A DNA stretch of 60,641 bases, the filler included. It is 6 parts of 6 records of this genome, joined end to end, with 100 filler letters (N's around TTAATTAATTAA, not from the genome) between each part and the next. Parts side by side here need not be neighbours in the genome. Positions count along the whole stretch, not along the records: positions 1 to 16,670 come from DRR723986_10506; positions 16,771 to 26,003 come from DRR723986_10508; 4 more parts are not named here. The stretch is one strand, 5' to 3'. A program made the translations under genes and the position numbers. Shown one piece after another: positions 10,629 to 20,947 of this stretch (positions are counted from its first letter, which is position 1; every line of letters starts with the position of its first letter). The notes under the pieces were generated by a model that saw only the letters and a program-made list of their open reading frames with translations, was not told the origin of the DNA and ran no database searches.

Positions 10629-11291
10629 ATGCGTACCGTAATTTTTGATCTGGATGGAACGCTTGCGGATACATCCGGGGACCTATTGGCAGCAGCCAAT
10701 CAGTGTTTTCAGAGAATGGGATATGGCGATGTTTTGATCCCAGGTCAGGATGCCGGGGTGGCCTTGCGGGGCGGTCGGATGATGTTGACCAAAGGTCTGG
10801 AGCGGGTCGATGCATTTGATGCGGCGGTTGTTGAACAGTACTACCCCGTTCTGCTAGAGGCCTATGCCGCAGCGATTGATTTGCATACGTTTATGTACCC
10901 CGGCGCCATGGATGCCGTCGAGCAATTGAAGCGTGATGGGTTCGGTGTTGGCATTTGCACCAATAAGCCCGCAGCGTTGGCAGAACAATTGCTGTCTAAT
11001 CTGGGGGTCAGGGATGCGTTCCATTCGATGATCGGGGCGGACACATTGCCCGTTCGAAAACCAGACCCCGAACCGCTTTTCGAGGCGGCGCGCCGAGCCG
11101 GGGGCGATCCCGCGCAGTGCATGCTGATTGGCGACACGGATACTGACCGAAAAACAGCCAAGGCCGCAGGGGTGCCGTCCGTCTTGGTGACGTTTGGACC
11201 GGCGGGTGGTGATATGGCGGCCCTTGAACCTGAAGCGCTGCTAGATCATTTCGATGACCTGCCCGGAATCGTGGCCGATCTTTACAACTGA
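10629..11291 (+). CDS. gph: HAD-IA hydrolase, phosphoglycolate phosphatase-like
   Basis: Motif I FDLDGTLAD, CTNK, KPDPEP and IGDTDTD, with a GGAG RBS before the ATG at 10629. Confidence 0.85.
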   Translation: MRTVIFDLDGTLADTSGDLLAAANQCFQRMGYGDVLIPGQDAGVALRGGRMMLTKGLERVDAFDAAVVEQYYPVLLEAYAAAIDLHTFMYPGAMDAVEQLKRDGFGVGICTNKPAALAEQLLSNLGVRDAFHSMIGADTLPVRKPDPEPLFEAARRAGGDPAQCMLIGDTDTDRKTAKAAGVPSVLVTFGPAGGDMAALEPEALLDHFDDLPGIVADLYN

Positions 11292-11373
11292 GCAGCTGAA
11301 ATCTCGAATTTGGGAAAACCGAAATCAGGGCTATGGCCTTGACGCTTATGACAACGCGTCGCAGAAACAGCTT

Positions 11374-12570
11374 ATGACAGATAGATTTACAGGCAGTTTC
11401 ACTCAGCAAGAACCGATCCCCGAAGCCGGGATCGAAGCCGCGCTGGCTGTGCTGCGCCATGGTCGGTTGCATCGTTATAATGTCGCTGATGGTGAATTGG
11501 GCGAAACGGCCCTTTTGGAACAAGAATTCGCAGCGCAAACAGGGGCGAAATACTGCCTCGCGGTGGCTTCGGGCGGATATGCCATGGCCACTGCGATGCG
11601 CGCGGTTGGGGTTCAGCCGGGGGATGCGGTCCTAACCAATGCATTCACCCTTGCGCCGGTGCCCGGGTCCATCGCTGCATTGGGCGCGCGTCCTGTGTTT
11701 GTTGGCGTGACCGAGGATCTCACAATTGATCTGGAAGATCTGGCCTCTAAAGTGCATCTGGCCAAGGTTCTGTTGCTCAGCCACATGCGTGGGCACCTGT
11801 GTGACATGGATCGGTTGATGCAGATTTGCGACGCCGCCGGTGTTCTGGTGATCGAAGACTGCGCCCACACAATGGGTGCTGCTTGGAACGGGATCGCTTC
11901 GGGGCGCCAAGGCATCATTGGCTGCTATTCCTGTCAGACCTACAAGCACGTTAATTCAGGGGAAGGCGGGCTGTTGGTGACGGATGACGCAGAAGTGGCG
12001 GCCAAAGCCATAATGCTGTCTGGTTCATATATGTTGTTTGAACGTCATCTGGCCGCGCCGCAGCAGGACGTCTTTGACAAGATCAAATATGAAACGCCCA
12101 ATATTTCAGGACGTATGGATAATCTACGCGCCGCCATTCTAAGGCCGCAGCTGCAGGATCTAGATCAGCAGGTGGAACGCTGGAATGACCGCTACTGTCA
12201 ACTCGAATCGGGATTGCGGGATATCCCGGGTCTGACCGTGATCGAGCGCCCAGCAGAAGAGACCTATGTCGGCTCGTCCATCCAATTCCTACTGCTGGAT
12301 TGGTCTGCGGACGCGGTTCAACAGGTGATTGCCCGCTGCGCCGCCCGTGGAGTTGAGCTGAAGTGGTTCGGTGCCTCTGAACCCGCTGGTTTCACGTCGC
12401 GCTATGACAGCTGGCGGTATGCAGATAGCGAACCGATGCCCACAAGTGACCGCGTTCTGGCAGGAATCGTGGATATGCGAGTGCCGCTAACCTTTAGCTT
12501 AGATGATTGTGATTTGATCACCCGCATCATTCGCAGCGAAGTTGGCGCTGTGTTTCAGGCCCAAGCCTAA
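11374..12570 (+). CDS. DegT/DnrJ/EryC1/StrS-family PLP aminotransferase
   Basis: VIEDCAH, SCQTYKH (PLP lysine) and GEGGLL motifs. Confidence 0.88.
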   Translation: MTDRFTGSFTQQEPIPEAGIEAALAVLRHGRLHRYNVADGELGETALLEQEFAAQTGAKYCLAVASGGYAMATAMRAVGVQPGDAVLTNAFTLAPVPGSIAALGARPVFVGVTEDLTIDLEDLASKVHLAKVLLLSHMRGHLCDMDRLMQICDAAGVLVIEDCAHTMGAAWNGIASGRQGIIGCYSCQTYKHVNSGEGGLLVTDDAEVAAKAIMLSGSYMLFERHLAAPQQDVFDKIKYETPNISGRMDNLRAAILRPQLQDLDQQVERWNDRYCQLESGLRDIPGLTVIERPAEETYVGSSIQFLLLDWSADAVQQVIARCAARGVELKWFGASEPAGFTSRYDSWRYADSEPMPTSDRVLAGIVDMRVPLTFSLDDCDLITRIIRSEVGAVFQAQA

Positions 12571-12612
12571 TCACTCAAAAGTACCTGACGGTACCCAGAT
12601 CGGTTTTATTCT

Positions 12613-12642
12613 AACGCCCCGCCGCATTGGTGGGGCGTTTTT
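12613..12642 (+). terminator. Intrinsic terminator
   Basis: AACGCCCCGCC-gcatt-GGTGGGGCGTTTTT downstream of the aminotransferase. Confidence 0.75.
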
Positions 12643-12758
12643 CGTTGGTGCAGACCGGGACCGTTGGTCGCGGGGGAAACGCCAATGTTGACGCATTTCA
12701 GATTCACTGCTATCTCGTTATTGAACACTTGTTCATATAACGCTGGAGGGAGAGCGCG

Positions 12759-13922
12759 ATGTTCAACGCAACCATGCAATTCGATCTTGGTGAGGACGTA
12801 AATGCACTGCGTGAGATGGTGCATCGCTGGGCGCAAGAACGCGTGAAGCCGATGGCCGCCGAAATTGACCAATCCAACAATTTCCCAGCCGAGCTGTGGA
12901 AAGAGATGGGCGAACTGGGGCTTTTGGGCGTGACCGTCTCCGAAGAGTTCGGCGGTGCTGGCATGTCATACCTTGCCCACACGATCGCTGTAGAAGAGAT
13001 CGCGCGCGCAAGCGCCTCGGTCTCGCTGTCATATGGGGCGCATTCGAACCTGTGTGTGAACCAGATCAAGTTGAACGGCACGCAAGAGCAGAAAGCGAAA
13101 TTTCTGCCGCGCTTGTTGTCAGGCGATCATGTTGGCGCCTTGGCGATGTCCGAAGCGGGCGCCGGGTCCGATGTGGTTTCGATGAAGCTGCGGGCGGAAA
13201 AGCGTAACGGGTATTACCGCCTGAATGGCAACAAATACTGGATCACAAACGGTCCGGATGCCGACACATTGGTGGTCTACGCTAAAACAGATCCTGATGC
13301 GGGCTCCAAAGGTATGACCGCGTTCATTATCGAAAAGGATTTCAAAGGCTTCTCGACCTCTCCTCACTTTGATAAATTGGGGATGCGCGGTTCAAATACG
13401 GCCGAGCTGATCTTTGAAGACGTCGAAGTTCCCTTTGAAAATGTACTGGGCGAAGAGGGGCGCGGTGTTGCGGTTCTGATGTCTGGTCTCGATTATGAAC
13501 GCGTGGTGCTGGCTGGGATCGGTACAGGGATCATGGCCGCCTGTTTGGACGAAGTCATGCCTTACATGGCCGAACGTAAGCAGTTCGGGAAACCGATTGG
13601 TTCGTTCCAGCTGATGCAGGGCAAGATTGCGGATATGTACACCGCCATGAATTCGGCCCGCGCTTATGTCTATGAGGTTGCCAAATCTTGTGATCGCGGC
13701 ACGGTGACCCGTCAGGATGCAGCGGCTTGCTGTCTCTATGCCTCAGAACAGGCGATGGTGCAGGCGCACCAGGCTGTTCAAGCCTTTGGCGGCGCTGGCT
13801 ATCTGTCCGACAACCCTGTTGGTCGACTCTTCCGCGATGCCAAACTGATGGAAATCGGGGCGGGAACCTCTGAAATCCGTCGGATGCTGGTCGGTCGTGA
13901 ACTGATGGCGTCGATGGAGTGA
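12759..13922 (+). CDS. ivd: Isovaleryl-CoA dehydrogenase
   Basis: YGAHSNLC, ALAMSEAGAGSDV, WITNGP, RKQFG and EIGAGTSEIRR motifs, located next to mccB. Confidence 0.95.
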   Translation: MFNATMQFDLGEDVNALREMVHRWAQERVKPMAAEIDQSNNFPAELWKEMGELGLLGVTVSEEFGGAGMSYLAHTIAVEEIARASASVSLSYGAHSNLCVNQIKLNGTQEQKAKFLPRLLSGDHVGALAMSEAGAGSDVVSMKLRAEKRNGYYRLNGNKYWITNGPDADTLVVYAKTDPDAGSKGMTAFIIEKDFKGFSTSPHFDKLGMRGSNTAELIFEDVEVPFENVLGEEGRGVAVLMSGLDYERVVLAGIGTGIMAACLDEVMPYMAERKQFGKPIGSFQLMQGKIADMYTAMNSARAYVYEVAKSCDRGTVTRQDAAACCLYASEQAMVQAHQAVQAFGGAGYLSDNPVGRLFRDAKLMEIGAGTSEIRRMLVGRELMASME

Positions 13923-13925
13923 GAC

Positions 13926-13962
13926 AAAAAAGGCCCGCATGACGAGGTGACATGCGGGCCTT
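13926..13962. terminator. Intrinsic terminator between convergent ivd and ompW
   Basis: AAAAAAGGCCCGCATG-N9-CATGCGGGCCTT; the U-tail falls on the minus strand. Confidence 0.8.
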
Positions 13963-14004
13963 AAATGTTGCCGGGCCCATCGGGCCCGCCACAATTTCGG
14001 AGGA

Positions 14005-14610
14005 TCAGAAGCGGTGAATGTAGGATACGCCAACGATCAGGGGATCGATTTCGGCTTTGCCGATGCTTGCGCCATTCAGGGTCGCGTCGCTGCTGATTTT
14101 CATCCAACGCAGATCCAAACGCACCGCGCCGTTGTCGCTGATCTGGTAATCGGCACCAGCGTGCAGAGCGACACCAAAGCTATCGTCCAGTTCCAGCGTG
14201 CCAAGACGCGAGGATTCTTCAAAGAATGTGGTGTAGTTCAGGCCGATCCCGACGAACGGTTTGATCGGGCCGTTGGTTTCAAAGTGGTAGTTAACCGACA
14301 GGGTGGGCGGCAGCTGTTTGGTTTTACCAATGTTGCCCAAACCGCCCAATGCGATCTCGTGCTCAAACGGCGTGGCCAGCAGCAACTCGATACCGATGTT
14401 GTCGCGGACGAAGTATTCAAATGTCAAAGTCGGGCGGGTGCTGTCATCAATGCTGGCCGGAGCGCCAGCCAAAGTCCCGTTCGAGGATTTGGGGTTCACA
14501 TTGGCGACACCCACACCGACGGTCCAATCCCCTTGGGATTGAGCGGCGAGAGGGGCTGCAAGGGCAACGAGGGCAGTGGTCAAAGCCAGTGCAGAGATCG
14601 TGCGTTTCAT
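14005..14610 (-). CDS. ompW: OmpW-family outer membrane beta-barrel
   Basis: Signal peptide, ELLLATPF, LPPTL, PFVGIGLNYT and a C-terminal Phe. Confidence 0.93.
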   Translation of the reverse strand: MKRTISALALTTALVALAAPLAAQSQGDWTVGVGVANVNPKSSNGTLAGAPASIDDSTRPTLTFEYFVRDNIGIELLLATPFEHEIALGGLGNIGKTKQLPPTLSVNYHFETNGPIKPFVGIGLNYTTFFEESSRLGTLELDDSFGVALHAGADYQISDNGAVRLDLRWMKISSDATLNGASIGKAEIDPLIVGVSYIHRF

Positions 14611-14683
14611 AGGTTTGCCTATTTTGATGTTGGTCTGTCTTCGAGTGACTTTGCGACTGTGCAGGTTGCAGGGGCACACAGCC

Positions 14684-14697
14684 CTGATCTGAATCAA
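14684..14697 (-). promoter_or_regulatory. FNR/FnrL box upstream of ompW
   Basis: The minus strand reads TTGAT-TCAG-ATCAG, one mismatch from TTGAT-N4-ATCAA, about 74 bp upstream of the ompW ATG. Confidence 0.7.
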
Positions 14698-14734
14698 AAT
14701 CGAAATGAAAAATGCACTGTAGTGAGCTCAAATC

Positions 14735-16327
14735 ATGTCTAGAAATCGTGTTTCTGCATCTGCTCAGCAAAACCTTGCCCAAAGCGCTGATGAGCGTTCG
14801 AACCAGCGCATACCGGGGTTGCCCGACGGGACTAACTGGGCGCTGCCCACACACCTGAACATGGCACGACAGTGTTTGTCTTGGGAACCGGAGCGGGTTG
14901 CGATTCGGGACCTGACCCAAGCATCGCCAGAAAACGTAACCTTTGGGCAACTTTCAGACCGGGTTGACGCAATCGCGCGGCGGTTGTTGCGGGAAATCGC
15001 GCCGGGTGACCGGGTTGGTGTGCTGCTCAATCAATCCGCGTGGTGCGCTGCTGCGCATCTCGCGATTTGGAAAATCGGTGCAATCTCAGTGCCGCTGTTT
15101 AAGCTGTTTAAGCACGACGCGCTGCAATCTCGGGTGGGGGATGCAGGTGTTGAATTGGTTTTGACAGACCCGCAGGGGGCTGCGTTGTTGGGCGATCTGG
15201 CGCAGCCGTTGATGGTGGATCAGATTGGCGAAGACGGTGCAGAGGTTCCCTATGCCGAAACACGCGCCGATGACCCCGCGGTCTTGATCTATACCAGCGG
15301 CACCACCGGCACGCCCAAAGGTGCGTTGCACGGGCATCGTGTTCTGACCGGGCACCTTCCCGGCGTGTCGATCAGCCATAACCATCTGGGGCAAGAGGGC
15401 GATTGCCTTTGGACACCGGCGGATTGGGCTTGGATCGGTGGTCTGTTTGATGTGCTGATGCCGGGGCTGGCCTTGGGCATTCCGGTCGTGGCGGCCCGGC
15501 TGGATAAATTCACGCCCGAACTCTGTGCACAGGTTATTGAACAGGGCGGTGTCCGAAATGTGTTTTTTCCACCCACAGCGCTGCGGATGCTCAAAGCAGC
15601 AGAGCAGGGGCTCGACGGTCTGCGCTCGGTTGCCTCTGGTGGAGAGCCCCTGGGAGCAGAGATGCTCGCTTGGGGCGAACAGGCGTTTGGGGTGACGATC
15701 AACGAATTCTACGGCCAGACCGAGTGTAATATGACGGTGTCGTCTTGCAGTGTCGATTTCCCTGTGCAGCCGGGGTGTATCGGGAAGCCGGTGCCGGGTC
15801 ATACGGTTCAGGTGGTCGATGACGGTGGGCTGCCCACCCGCGAAGAGGGCGATGTTGCGGTGCGCCGGGGTTCCGCCTCGATGATGTTACGCTATTGGAA
15901 CCGCCCGCAGGAAACCGCACTAAAGTATCGTGGCGATTGGCTGATCACTGGGGATCGCGGCATTTGGGAGGGGGATTATCTGCGCTTTGTCGGGCGGGAT
16001 GATGATGTCATAACCTCGGCGGGGTACCGCATTGGTCCGTCTGAGATCGAAGATTGCCTGATGACCCATCCCGACGTTGCTACCGTGGGCGTTGTTGGCA
16101 AGCCCGATCCGCTGAGAACCGAAATCGTCAAAGCCTATGTCGTACGTAAGCCGAACGCACAGGCGACTGCCAAAGACTTGCAGACCTATGTCAAAGACAG
16201 GTTGGCAAGTTATTCCTATCCAAGAGAAATCACATTTCTGGACACGCTCCCTATGACCGTGACTGGCAAAGTAATCCGCAAAGAACTCAAGCGTCGCGCA
16301 GCGGCGGAACAGGAGGCTCAATCATGA
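14735..16327 (+). CDS. AMP-binding acyl-CoA synthetase (start uncertain)
   Basis: [26 protein letters not shown] and TVTGK motifs. Confidence 0.92.
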   Translation: MSRNRVSASAQQNLAQSADERSNQRIPGLPDGTNWALPTHLNMARQCLSWEPERVAIRDLTQASPENVTFGQLSDRVDAIARRLLREIAPGDRVGVLLNQSAWCAAAHLAIWKIGAISVPLFKLFKHDALQSRVGDAGVELVLTDPQGAALLGDLAQPLMVDQIGEDGAEVPYAETRADDPAVLIYTSGTTGTPKGALHGHRVLTGHLPGVSISHNHLGQEGDCLWTPADWAWIGGLFDVLMPGLALGIPVVAARLDKFTPELCAQVIEQGGVRNVFFPPTALRMLKAAEQGLDGLRSVASGGEPLGAEMLAWGEQAFGVTINEFYGQTECNMTVSSCSVDFPVQPGCIGKPVPGHTVQVVDDGGLPTREEGDVAVRRGSASMMLRYWNRPQETALKYRGDWLITGDRGIWEGDYLRFVGRDDDVITSAGYRIGPSEIEDCLMTHPDVATVGVVGKPDPLRTEIVKAYVVRKPNAQATAKDLQTYVKDRLASYSYPREITFLDTLPMTVTGKVIRKELKRRAAAEQEAQS

Positions 16328-16670
16328 AGCTATCATCCAAGGCTCTGCCTTCGTCCGAAGGTTTCAAATCCAACCGTGCCGCGCATCTAGAGGCGTTGGG
16401 GCTGATCAGCTCCGCAGCCGAGGCCGCACGTTTGGGAGGCGGTGAAAAATCCCGTGCCCGTCATGAAAGTCGGGGAAAAATGTTGCCGCGTCGCCGGGTT
16501 GCGAATTTGCTGGACCCCGGTTCTCCGTTTTTGGAAATCGGTGCGACGGCGGCGCATGACATGTATGGCAATGCAGCGCCCGCTGCGGGTGTGATCGCTG
16601 GGATTGGCCGGGTGCATGGCCAAGAGGTGATGGTGGTTTGCAACGATGCCACCGTCAAAGGCGGCACCTA
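16324..16670 (+). CDS. mccB: Methylcrotonoyl-CoA carboxylase beta (carboxyltransferase) subunit, 3'-truncated
   Basis: [17 protein letters not shown] and [10 protein letters not shown]. It overlaps the upstream stop (ATGA) and lies in the leucine catabolism cluster. Confidence 0.9.
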
Positions 16671-16770
16671 NNNNNNNNNNNNNNNNNNNNNNNNNNNNNN
16701 NNNNNNNNNNNNNNTTAATTAATTAANNNNNNNNNNNNNNNNNNNNNNNNNNNNNNNNNNNNNNNNNNNN
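16671..16770. other. Artificial contig spacer
   Basis: N44-TTAATTAATTAA-N44, with stop codons in all frames. Confidence 0.99.
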
Positions 16771-16835
16771 GCACGCCCGGTGCACACATGTCACCCCCCC
16801 CCTGTTGTGGGGGTCCGATGGTGTTAACTTTTGCC

Positions 16836-17294
16836 TTAAACCGGCAAGGCGGTTGTTTTGAAAACCGTGCGCAAAGCAAACGAACTCTGCATCTGTGCTA
16901 CCCCCGGCAACCGCGCCAAATGCTGTCTATGAATGCGTGCGAAATCCTCGGTATTTTCTGCGACCACCTTTAGAATATAATCCGCCGTTCCCGCCATCAG
17001 GTGGCATTCCAAAACATCTGGAATCCGGGCCACGGCACGCTCAAACGCATCCAGAACTTCATCCGCCTGCCCTTGCAGAGTGATCTCGACAAACACCGTT
17101 GTCGGCACTCCCATCTTGCGCGCATCCAGCAGGGCAACATAGTCGCGAATATAGCCATCCGCCTCTAACCGCTGCACCCGCCGATGACAGGCCGAGGGCG
17201 ACAAGTTCGCCTTTTCAGACAGGTCCGCATTGGACATTCGACCCGTTTTTTGCAGGGCAGCCAATATCCGACGATCCGTTGCATCTAACGCCAT
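16836..17294 (-). CDS. Lrp/AsnC regulator, AldR-like
   Basis: HTH (LS.SACHRRVQRLE) plus AsnC ligand domain (ECHLMAGTADYILKV), divergent from ald. Confidence 0.92.
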   Translation of the reverse strand: MALDATDRRILAALQKTGRMSNADLSEKANLSPSACHRRVQRLEADGYIRDYVALLDARKMGVPTTVFVEITLQGQADEVLDAFERAVARIPDVLECHLMAGTADYILKVVAENTEDFARIHRQHLARLPGVAQMQSSFALRTVFKTTALPV

Positions 17295-17432
17295 GGGCGC
17301 ACATCCTTTGCAAGATCTTCCATTTTGTTCGAATATTATCCCAACAAAGTGGGGAATGGCGAGGGGGGTTTCACATTAATTGCACTCGGCATCTGCTCAT
17401 AATTTAGGCAGATTGTGAACGGAGGAAGCGCA

Positions 17433-18551
17433 ATGAAAATCGGTTGCCCCAAGGAAATCAAACCCCAGGAATTCCGGGTCGGCATGACCCCCAACGCCGC
17501 ACGCGAAGCCATCGCACACGGCCATGAGGTCATCATTGAAACCAATGCTGGATCTGGCTCCGGCTTTGACGACGCTGCCTATGTCGACGCAGGCGCACAG
17601 ATCATCGCCACCGCCGCCGAGGTTTTTGCCACGGCCGACATGATCGTAAAGGTCAAAGAACCCCAAGCGGGTGAGCGCAAAATGCTGCGCGAAGGCCAGC
17701 TTCTGTTCACCTACCTGCACCTGGCTCCCGACCCAGATCAGACCCACGATCTGCTGGCCTCCGGCTGTACTGCCATCGCCTATGAAACCGTCACCGACCG
17801 CAACGGCGGCCTGCCCCTACTGGCCCCCATGTCCGAAGTCGCCGGTCGCCTCGCACCACAAGTCGGTGCCTGGACCTTGCAAAAAGCGAACGGTGGCCGC
17901 GGCGTTCTGATGGGCGGTGTACCCGGTGTTTCCCCGGCCAAAGTCGCTGTGATTGGCGGCGGTGTCGTTGGTACTCACGCTGCCCGCGTTGCTGCCGGTA
18001 TGGGCGCAGACGTCACAGTTTTGGACCGTTCTTTGCCACGCATGCGCTATTTGGATGATGTTTTTGGCAGTGTTTTCAAAACATCTTATGCAAGTGCTGG
18101 CAACACAGCCGAACTGGTCGCCGAAGCGGACATGGTTATTGGCGCGGTTCTCATCCCCGGCGCTGCGGCTCCTAAATTGGTGACCCGCGATCAGCTTTCC
18201 ACAATGAAGCCCGGCGCTGCAATCGTTGATGTGGCCATTGACCAAGGTGGTTGCTTTGAAACCTCGCACGCCACCACACACCAAGACCCGATCTATGACG
18301 TAGATGGTATCATGCACTACTGCGTCGCCAACATGCCCGGCGCGGTTGCACGGACGTCGACCATTGCGCTAGGCAACGCCACCATGCCGTTCCTCTTGGC
18401 CTTGGCAGACAAAGGTTGGAAGAAAGCATGTCAGGACGATCCGCACCTACTTGCCGGTCTGAATGTCCACGCAGGTCAATTGACCTACGAAGCCGTCGGC
18501 GTCGCACTTGGTCTGGACACAGTGTCCGCAGAAGCCCTCGTAAACGAGTAA
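17433..18551 (+). CDS. ald: Alanine dehydrogenase
   Basis: [37 protein letters not shown] and YCVANMPG motifs. Confidence 0.97.
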   Translation: MKIGCPKEIKPQEFRVGMTPNAAREAIAHGHEVIIETNAGSGSGFDDAAYVDAGAQIIATAAEVFATADMIVKVKEPQAGERKMLREGQLLFTYLHLAPDPDQTHDLLASGCTAIAYETVTDRNGGLPLLAPMSEVAGRLAPQVGAWTLQKANGGRGVLMGGVPGVSPAKVAVIGGGVVGTHAARVAAGMGADVTVLDRSLPRMRYLDDVFGSVFKTSYASAGNTAELVAEADMVIGAVLIPGAAAPKLVTRDQLSTMKPGAAIVDVAIDQGGCFETSHATTHQDPIYDVDGIMHYCVANMPGAVARTSTIALGNATMPFLLALADKGWKKACQDDPHLLAGLNVHAGQLTYEAVGVALGLDTVSAEALVNE

Positions 18552-18563
18552 CAAAAGCGGCCC

Positions 18564-18753
18564 CTCCCGCCCCTGAGCGCCCACCCGCTTCGCGGATGCG
18601 CATCAGCGTTGGGCATAGCGCCGCGTGTCCCACGCGGCGCGCCACCGCATCACGCATTCGTTTCCATCAGAACGCAACAGCGCCGCGCGGAACGCGCGGC
18701 GCTTGGCCCAACGAAAGGCATCGCATCTTTCATGCTTTGCCTTTGGACGGGAG
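18564..18753. repeat. Multibranch palindromic intergenic element (REP/REPIN- or MITE-like, or a structured RNA)
   Basis: Six nested or adjacent stems can be read directly from the sequence; details are in the findings. Confidence 0.7.
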
Positions 18754-18755
18754 CC

Positions 18756-19562
18756 TTACCCTTCTTTGTGGATTTCCACCGAATGTGGATAGGGAATCGA
18801 AATACCTTTTACATCAAAGGCTTCTTTGACCGCCTTGGTCATTTCGAACTTCAGATCCCAATAGTCAGCTGCAGCACACCAGAGCCGTGCGGTGAGATCA
18901 ACAGAGCTGTCTCCAAGATTGGTAACACGCACCCAAGGCTCCGGGTCTTTGTGGACCCGCTCATCTGCTGCAGCAATCTCCAGAATAACGGCCATCGCTG
19001 CATCCGCGCTGTCACCGTAATCAATACCAAAAACCAAATCGACACGACGGGTTTCATGCGCTGAATAGTTGGTGATGATCGAACCCCAAGACTGACCGTT
19101 GGGGACAATAATCTGCACATTGTCAGGCGTTACCAGTTCAGTCGTAAACAGGTTCAGATCCTTCACCGTCCCGGATGTGCCCCCGATGTCCACAAACTGC
19201 CCCAACTTATACGGGCGGAAGACAACCAACATGACACCAGCTGCAAGATCACTCAGCGTGCCTTGCAACGCCAAACCAATCGCCAGCGACGCCGCACCTA
19301 GAATTGCAACAATACTTGTCGCTTGAATGCCAAAGATCCCCAGCACTGCAACCAACACAATTGCCAGAACAACCCATTTAACCATGCTGGCCACAAAATT
19401 CCCCAGCGTCGGGTCAATCTGAGGGGTCGCATTGATCCGCCTCCGGACAAGTCCAGCAATCATGCCAGCTGCCATCCAGCCAACAACCAAAACCACCAGT
19501 GCTTTGATTGCATTAAACAAGACCGGGGCCATTGCTCCAGCCTCCATCATAAGTTCGTCCAC
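18756..19562 (-). CDS. mscS: Small-conductance mechanosensitive channel
   Basis: Three TMs, GLALQGTLS, RPYKLG, IVPNG, NYS..TRRVDL and GISIPYP motifs. Confidence 0.92.
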   Translation of the reverse strand: MDELMMEAGAMAPVLFNAIKALVVLVVGWMAAGMIAGLVRRRINATPQIDPTLGNFVASMVKWVVLAIVLVAVLGIFGIQATSIVAILGAASLAIGLALQGTLSDLAAGVMLVVFRPYKLGQFVDIGGTSGTVKDLNLFTTELVTPDNVQIIVPNGQSWGSIITNYSAHETRRVDLVFGIDYGDSADAAMAVILEIAAADERVHKDPEPWVRVTNLGDSSVDLTARLWCAAADYWDLKFEMTKAVKEAFDVKGISIPYPHSVEIHKEG

Positions 19563-19787
19563 GCGCGTCTCCTATTTCATACTGCATGGTAAGCTGCGCT
19601 GTGCCAGCGCAGCTGCCTAGCCGAAACCATCGTGCAAATCCGCTCTTTGGTCTAGGTTTTAGTGTCGCGACTGTTCCCCGGACTGTTCATCAGAACACAG
19701 GCCCTGCTTAAACCACGCACAGGCTCCCCCCTATGAACTCATCAGCAATTACCTACCTTGAGTTCAGCCCAATCAAAGGAACGCGCA

Positions 19788-20486
19788 ATGACCGATTTAT
19801 CCCAATTTCCGATTACACGCAGATGGCCCGCAAGCGACCCCAGCGTTCTCCAACTGTACTCCTTCCCCACGCCAAATGGGGTAAAGGCGTCAATCATGCT
19901 GGAGGAAATCGGCCAGCCCTATGAGGCCCACAAGGTCACTCTGTCAGATGTCGATGTGAAAAGTCCCGAATTCCTATCCCTTAACCCCAACAATAAGATT
20001 CCCGCGATTATCGACCCCAATGGACCAGATGGAGCCCCCATCGGGATATTCGAAAGTGGCGCTATCCTGCTCTATTTGGGCGAAAAAACCGGGCAGTTGA
20101 TCGGCGCGACGGCACGGGAAAAGACCGAAATAACCCAGTGGGTGATGTTCCAGATGGGTGGCTTAGGACCGATGTTGGGTCAGCTCGGCTTCTTTTATAA
20201 ATTCGCGGGAGCCGCAATCGAAGACCCCCGCCCACGTGACCGCTACATTGGCGAAGCAAAGCGGCTGCTCGGCGTTCTCGAAGGACAATTGGCTGATCGC
20301 GACTGGATCGCCGGAGAGTACTCAATCGCCGATATTGCCATCGGCCCTTGGCTGCGCGGTATCGATTTCTACGGCGCACAGGATGTGTTGGGATGGGACA
20401 ACCACCCCAACGTCATTGCGTATCTTGATCGCTTTCTCGCACGTCCCGCTGTTCAGCGCGGACTGGCAATTCCCGCGCGCGATTAA
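19788..20486 (+). CDS. Glutathione S-transferase (YfcG/Ure2-like)
   Basis: TPNG, NPNNKIP, FESGAILLYL and YSIADIA motifs. Confidence 0.92.
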   Translation: MTDLSQFPITRRWPASDPSVLQLYSFPTPNGVKASIMLEEIGQPYEAHKVTLSDVDVKSPEFLSLNPNNKIPAIIDPNGPDGAPIGIFESGAILLYLGEKTGQLIGATAREKTEITQWVMFQMGGLGPMLGQLGFFYKFAGAAIEDPRPRDRYIGEAKRLLGVLEGQLADRDWIAGEYSIADIAIGPWLRGIDFYGAQDVLGWDNHPNVIAYLDRFLARPAVQRGLAIPARD

Positions 20487-20932
20487 CCCGGAAGCGCGCC
20501 TGTCAGAACGTAGCGCAAGATTTCCACGACCTGCCGCGGCTCTTCGGCGACTGCCAGTGCCGCGGCATGCACTTCTTTCAGCGCATGTTGATGCTCGGGC
20601 GGATTCAGCACGATAATTGATTTACCCAAGGCCGCAGCATATCCCGCATCAAAAGCAGCGTTCCACTGCTTGTACTTTTCGCCAAATCGAACAACCACGA
20701 CATCCGCATCTGTCAAACCTTTGCGGGTGCGGATCGCATTAACCATCGCCCCTTTGTGGTCATGCCAGTATTTGTTCGGCTCTTGGCCAAGGATGTTCAC
20801 ACCGCAATCGTCGCTCGCATCATGATCTGTAACCGGGCTGTTGAACGACACATCCAACTCTTTGGCCCCTTCAACGATCTGCTCACGCCAGTCTGAGTGG
20901 ATTTCTCCTGACAGATATACTTTGAGTGTCAT
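20483..20932 (-). CDS. YtoQ-family protein
   Basis: VYLSGEIHSDWR, DHDASDDCG and KYKQWNAAFDAG motifs. Confidence 0.88.
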   Translation of the reverse strand: MTLKVYLSGEIHSDWREQIVEGAKELDVSFNSPVTDHDASDDCGVNILGQEPNKYWHDHKGAMVNAIRTRKGLTDADVVVVRFGEKYKQWNAAFDAGYAAALGKSIIVLNPPEHQHALKEVHAAALAVAEEPRQVVEILRYVLTGALPG

Positions 20933-20947
20933 TGCACTTTTCCTCTC

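Noticed and set aside
16715-16726. Recurring TTAATTAATTAA within N runs, as a possible repeat or att site
   Set aside because: It is a synthetic all-frame stop linker used to join contigs.
17295-17432. Lrp/AldR operator sites between the regulator and ald
   Set aside because: Such sites are likely to exist, but only weak AT-centred motifs are visible and they cannot be delimited reliably.
18564-18753. Possible CRISPR array or tRNA in the ald-mscS gap
   Set aside because: There is no regular repeat-spacer periodicity, no cas genes, and no T-loop/D-loop consensus. It is kept as a palindromic element instead.
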